Origin: Pelomyxa schiedti
Taxonomy: Eukaryota > Protista > Evosea
Assembly: GCA_020536535.1 (NCBI GenBank)
Contig: JAHLWZ010000617.1
Span: 1 to 51,027, forward strand
Direction: 5' to 3'
DNA: 51,027 bases
In this document: positions 49,609 through 51,027 of the stretch, one piece after another
Layout: each line of letters starts with the position of its first letter
How positions within the stretch are numbered: position 1 is the stretch's first letter
Notes under the pieces: model-generated
What the model was told of the DNA's origin: nothing
Databases searched by the model: none
Seen by the model: only the letters and a program-made list of their open reading frames with translations
Translations under genes and position numbers: made by a program

Positions 49609-50556
49609 TGTCATAGGCTGATGTGCCTTGGTTGTAGAATTGGATGTTGTACCAGTTTATGGAAGCTCCAACTGAATTGGAAACTGTTATGTATCCACCC
49701 TTTGGGTAGGTGGGAGTGCCCATGAAGTACGGTGCTTGTGGTGCGTGTGTAATGATTTTACTAATAGAATCTCGTCAGTACAATATGTTTCTTAAATACT
49801 AGGAAAAGAGAGGTTACGTTGCAGGTAATAGAGAGCGCAATGTCTGTGTGCACTGTATCACCCAGTCCTCTCCCTTGCCTTGATTCATTGCGTCATTGTC
49901 CTAACACAGAAAAGTGTTAGATGAAAAAGTCACAATGCAAAGGATTAAACATAAAAAGCACCTCGTAGTCCAGGTCCACGCCATCAGCGTTGGTGTCAAT
50001 AATGAACTGGGCCAAATTAGTTGCCACAGTGACGGCATTTGTACCCTCCGAAGTAGGGAAATCAGTTGCACCAAAAGCAGATACAATGAGGCTGATATTT
50101 GCAGAGTGGTACAACTCCAACCATGCAGCTCTTACCTCTTCATCAGTCTGTCCCCAGGGATTATCTTTCCAAACATACACCCAAATTAAAAAACAGGCTG
50201 TATCTCCGCCATGCCCACAACAAATTTAAATTTAGAAATTTTCATTACTAGTATTTGTTTGCGTGTCGTGTACCCGTAGAAACGTAGTTTATGGGATGGG
50301 CCCAGACCATCGCGGCGTCCACTGGGCCGGCGTTGCTGGTCCAGAACGCCAGGTTGATCACGTTGTACGCCGACGCCGGCGCGTACGTGGGCACGCCCAT
50401 AGACGCAGCGATGGCAGTTGGCGGCCACCACGAAGTCAGCGAGTCGATGTACGTCACGTACTTGCTGCTGGCCTGGGCTCGTGTGCCACTCATCAGTAGT
50501 GTTGTTACTATGAGTATTAGGCACGAAGTGATGGAGTAGGAGTAGTGGGTCCTCAT
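49609..50556 (-). CDS. Secreted GH18 chitinase, copy 2 (3' end lost in gap 49509-49608)
   Basis: Near-identical to 40870-41837, same intron positions, DGVDLDYE intact. Confidence 0.9.
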
Positions 50557-51027
50557 TGTTGGAAGAGGGAGACAAGGTCGTTTCCGTTGGGACTGGTTTG
50601 GATTTTGTTTCGTTGATTTCTTGCTTTATTTAAAATGTCGGTTATTTATGTTCAAGGGTGTTTGTTTTTCAACTGTCGTGACCGTCGAAGTGGGCTTGGG
50701 CGTCTGCCTCGTCTATGAGTCTGTTGCACTGCCGACATAAAATGCCTTGTGATGGTCGTGAAATAGATGTGGTGCTTGAGGAGTGTCTTCGGGTGGGTGT
50801 TGGGTGTCGTTTGTTGTGTGTGCAGACAGTGGCGTGAATGTCCACAGATGTTATTGCTACTGATTGGCCACATTCCGGACATATGTACTCGTCATCGTCT
50901 CTATGAAAAATGTTAAGTTGAAATACGTGGGAGCCAACTCATACATGACTATAGGATCGGGTTGATGCTTTGGTGACCGTTGTGCCGTAGCTCTTTTTAA
51001 AGGAAGCATGTAGTGTGGAGGTGTCTG
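49609..51027. repeat. Segmental duplicate of 40870-42308 (chitinase, intergenic DNA, last codons of the UFD1-like gene)
   Basis: Co-linear direct match at ~8.7 kb offset, continuing to the window end. Confidence 0.92.

Overview
Gene-dense eukaryotic DNA with many short spliceosomal introns (mostly ~35-100 nt, GT-AG plus at least two GC-AG), so the ORF track fragments nearly every gene. The actin sequence (VMAGMG..DAY) and an Entamoeba-type transmembrane kinase suggest an archamoeba such as Pelomyxa; this is inference. Splicing by eye gives about 22 genes. They are: actin, an ERGIC-53/VIP36-type lectin, a Spalten-like Galpha-PP2C fusion, an MBOAT acyltransferase, an ACAP ArfGAP, a double-LamG protein, a sulfatase, synapsin, a RasGEF, an ARID1/2-like subunit plus a partial duplicate, an LRR-array + PINK1-like kinase, a plant-type LRR receptor kinase, two GH18 chitinases, a UFD1-zinc-finger protein, a divergent kinase, a PfkB kinase, an ankyrin protein and several hypotheticals. 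There are three 100-N scaffold gaps and two small dispersed repeat families. Two observations stand out. (1) A clean 390-bp intragenic inversion (37939-38328) flips the Cys-rich juxtamembrane and transmembrane segment of the LRR receptor kinase; re-inverting it restores the frame at both junctions. (2) A tandem array of nine 84-nt LRR exons with near-identical introns varies mainly at predicted ligand-contacting residues and is fused to a PINK1-like kinase, a candidate diversifying intracellular recognition system. All homology calls are from motif recognition, not database searches.
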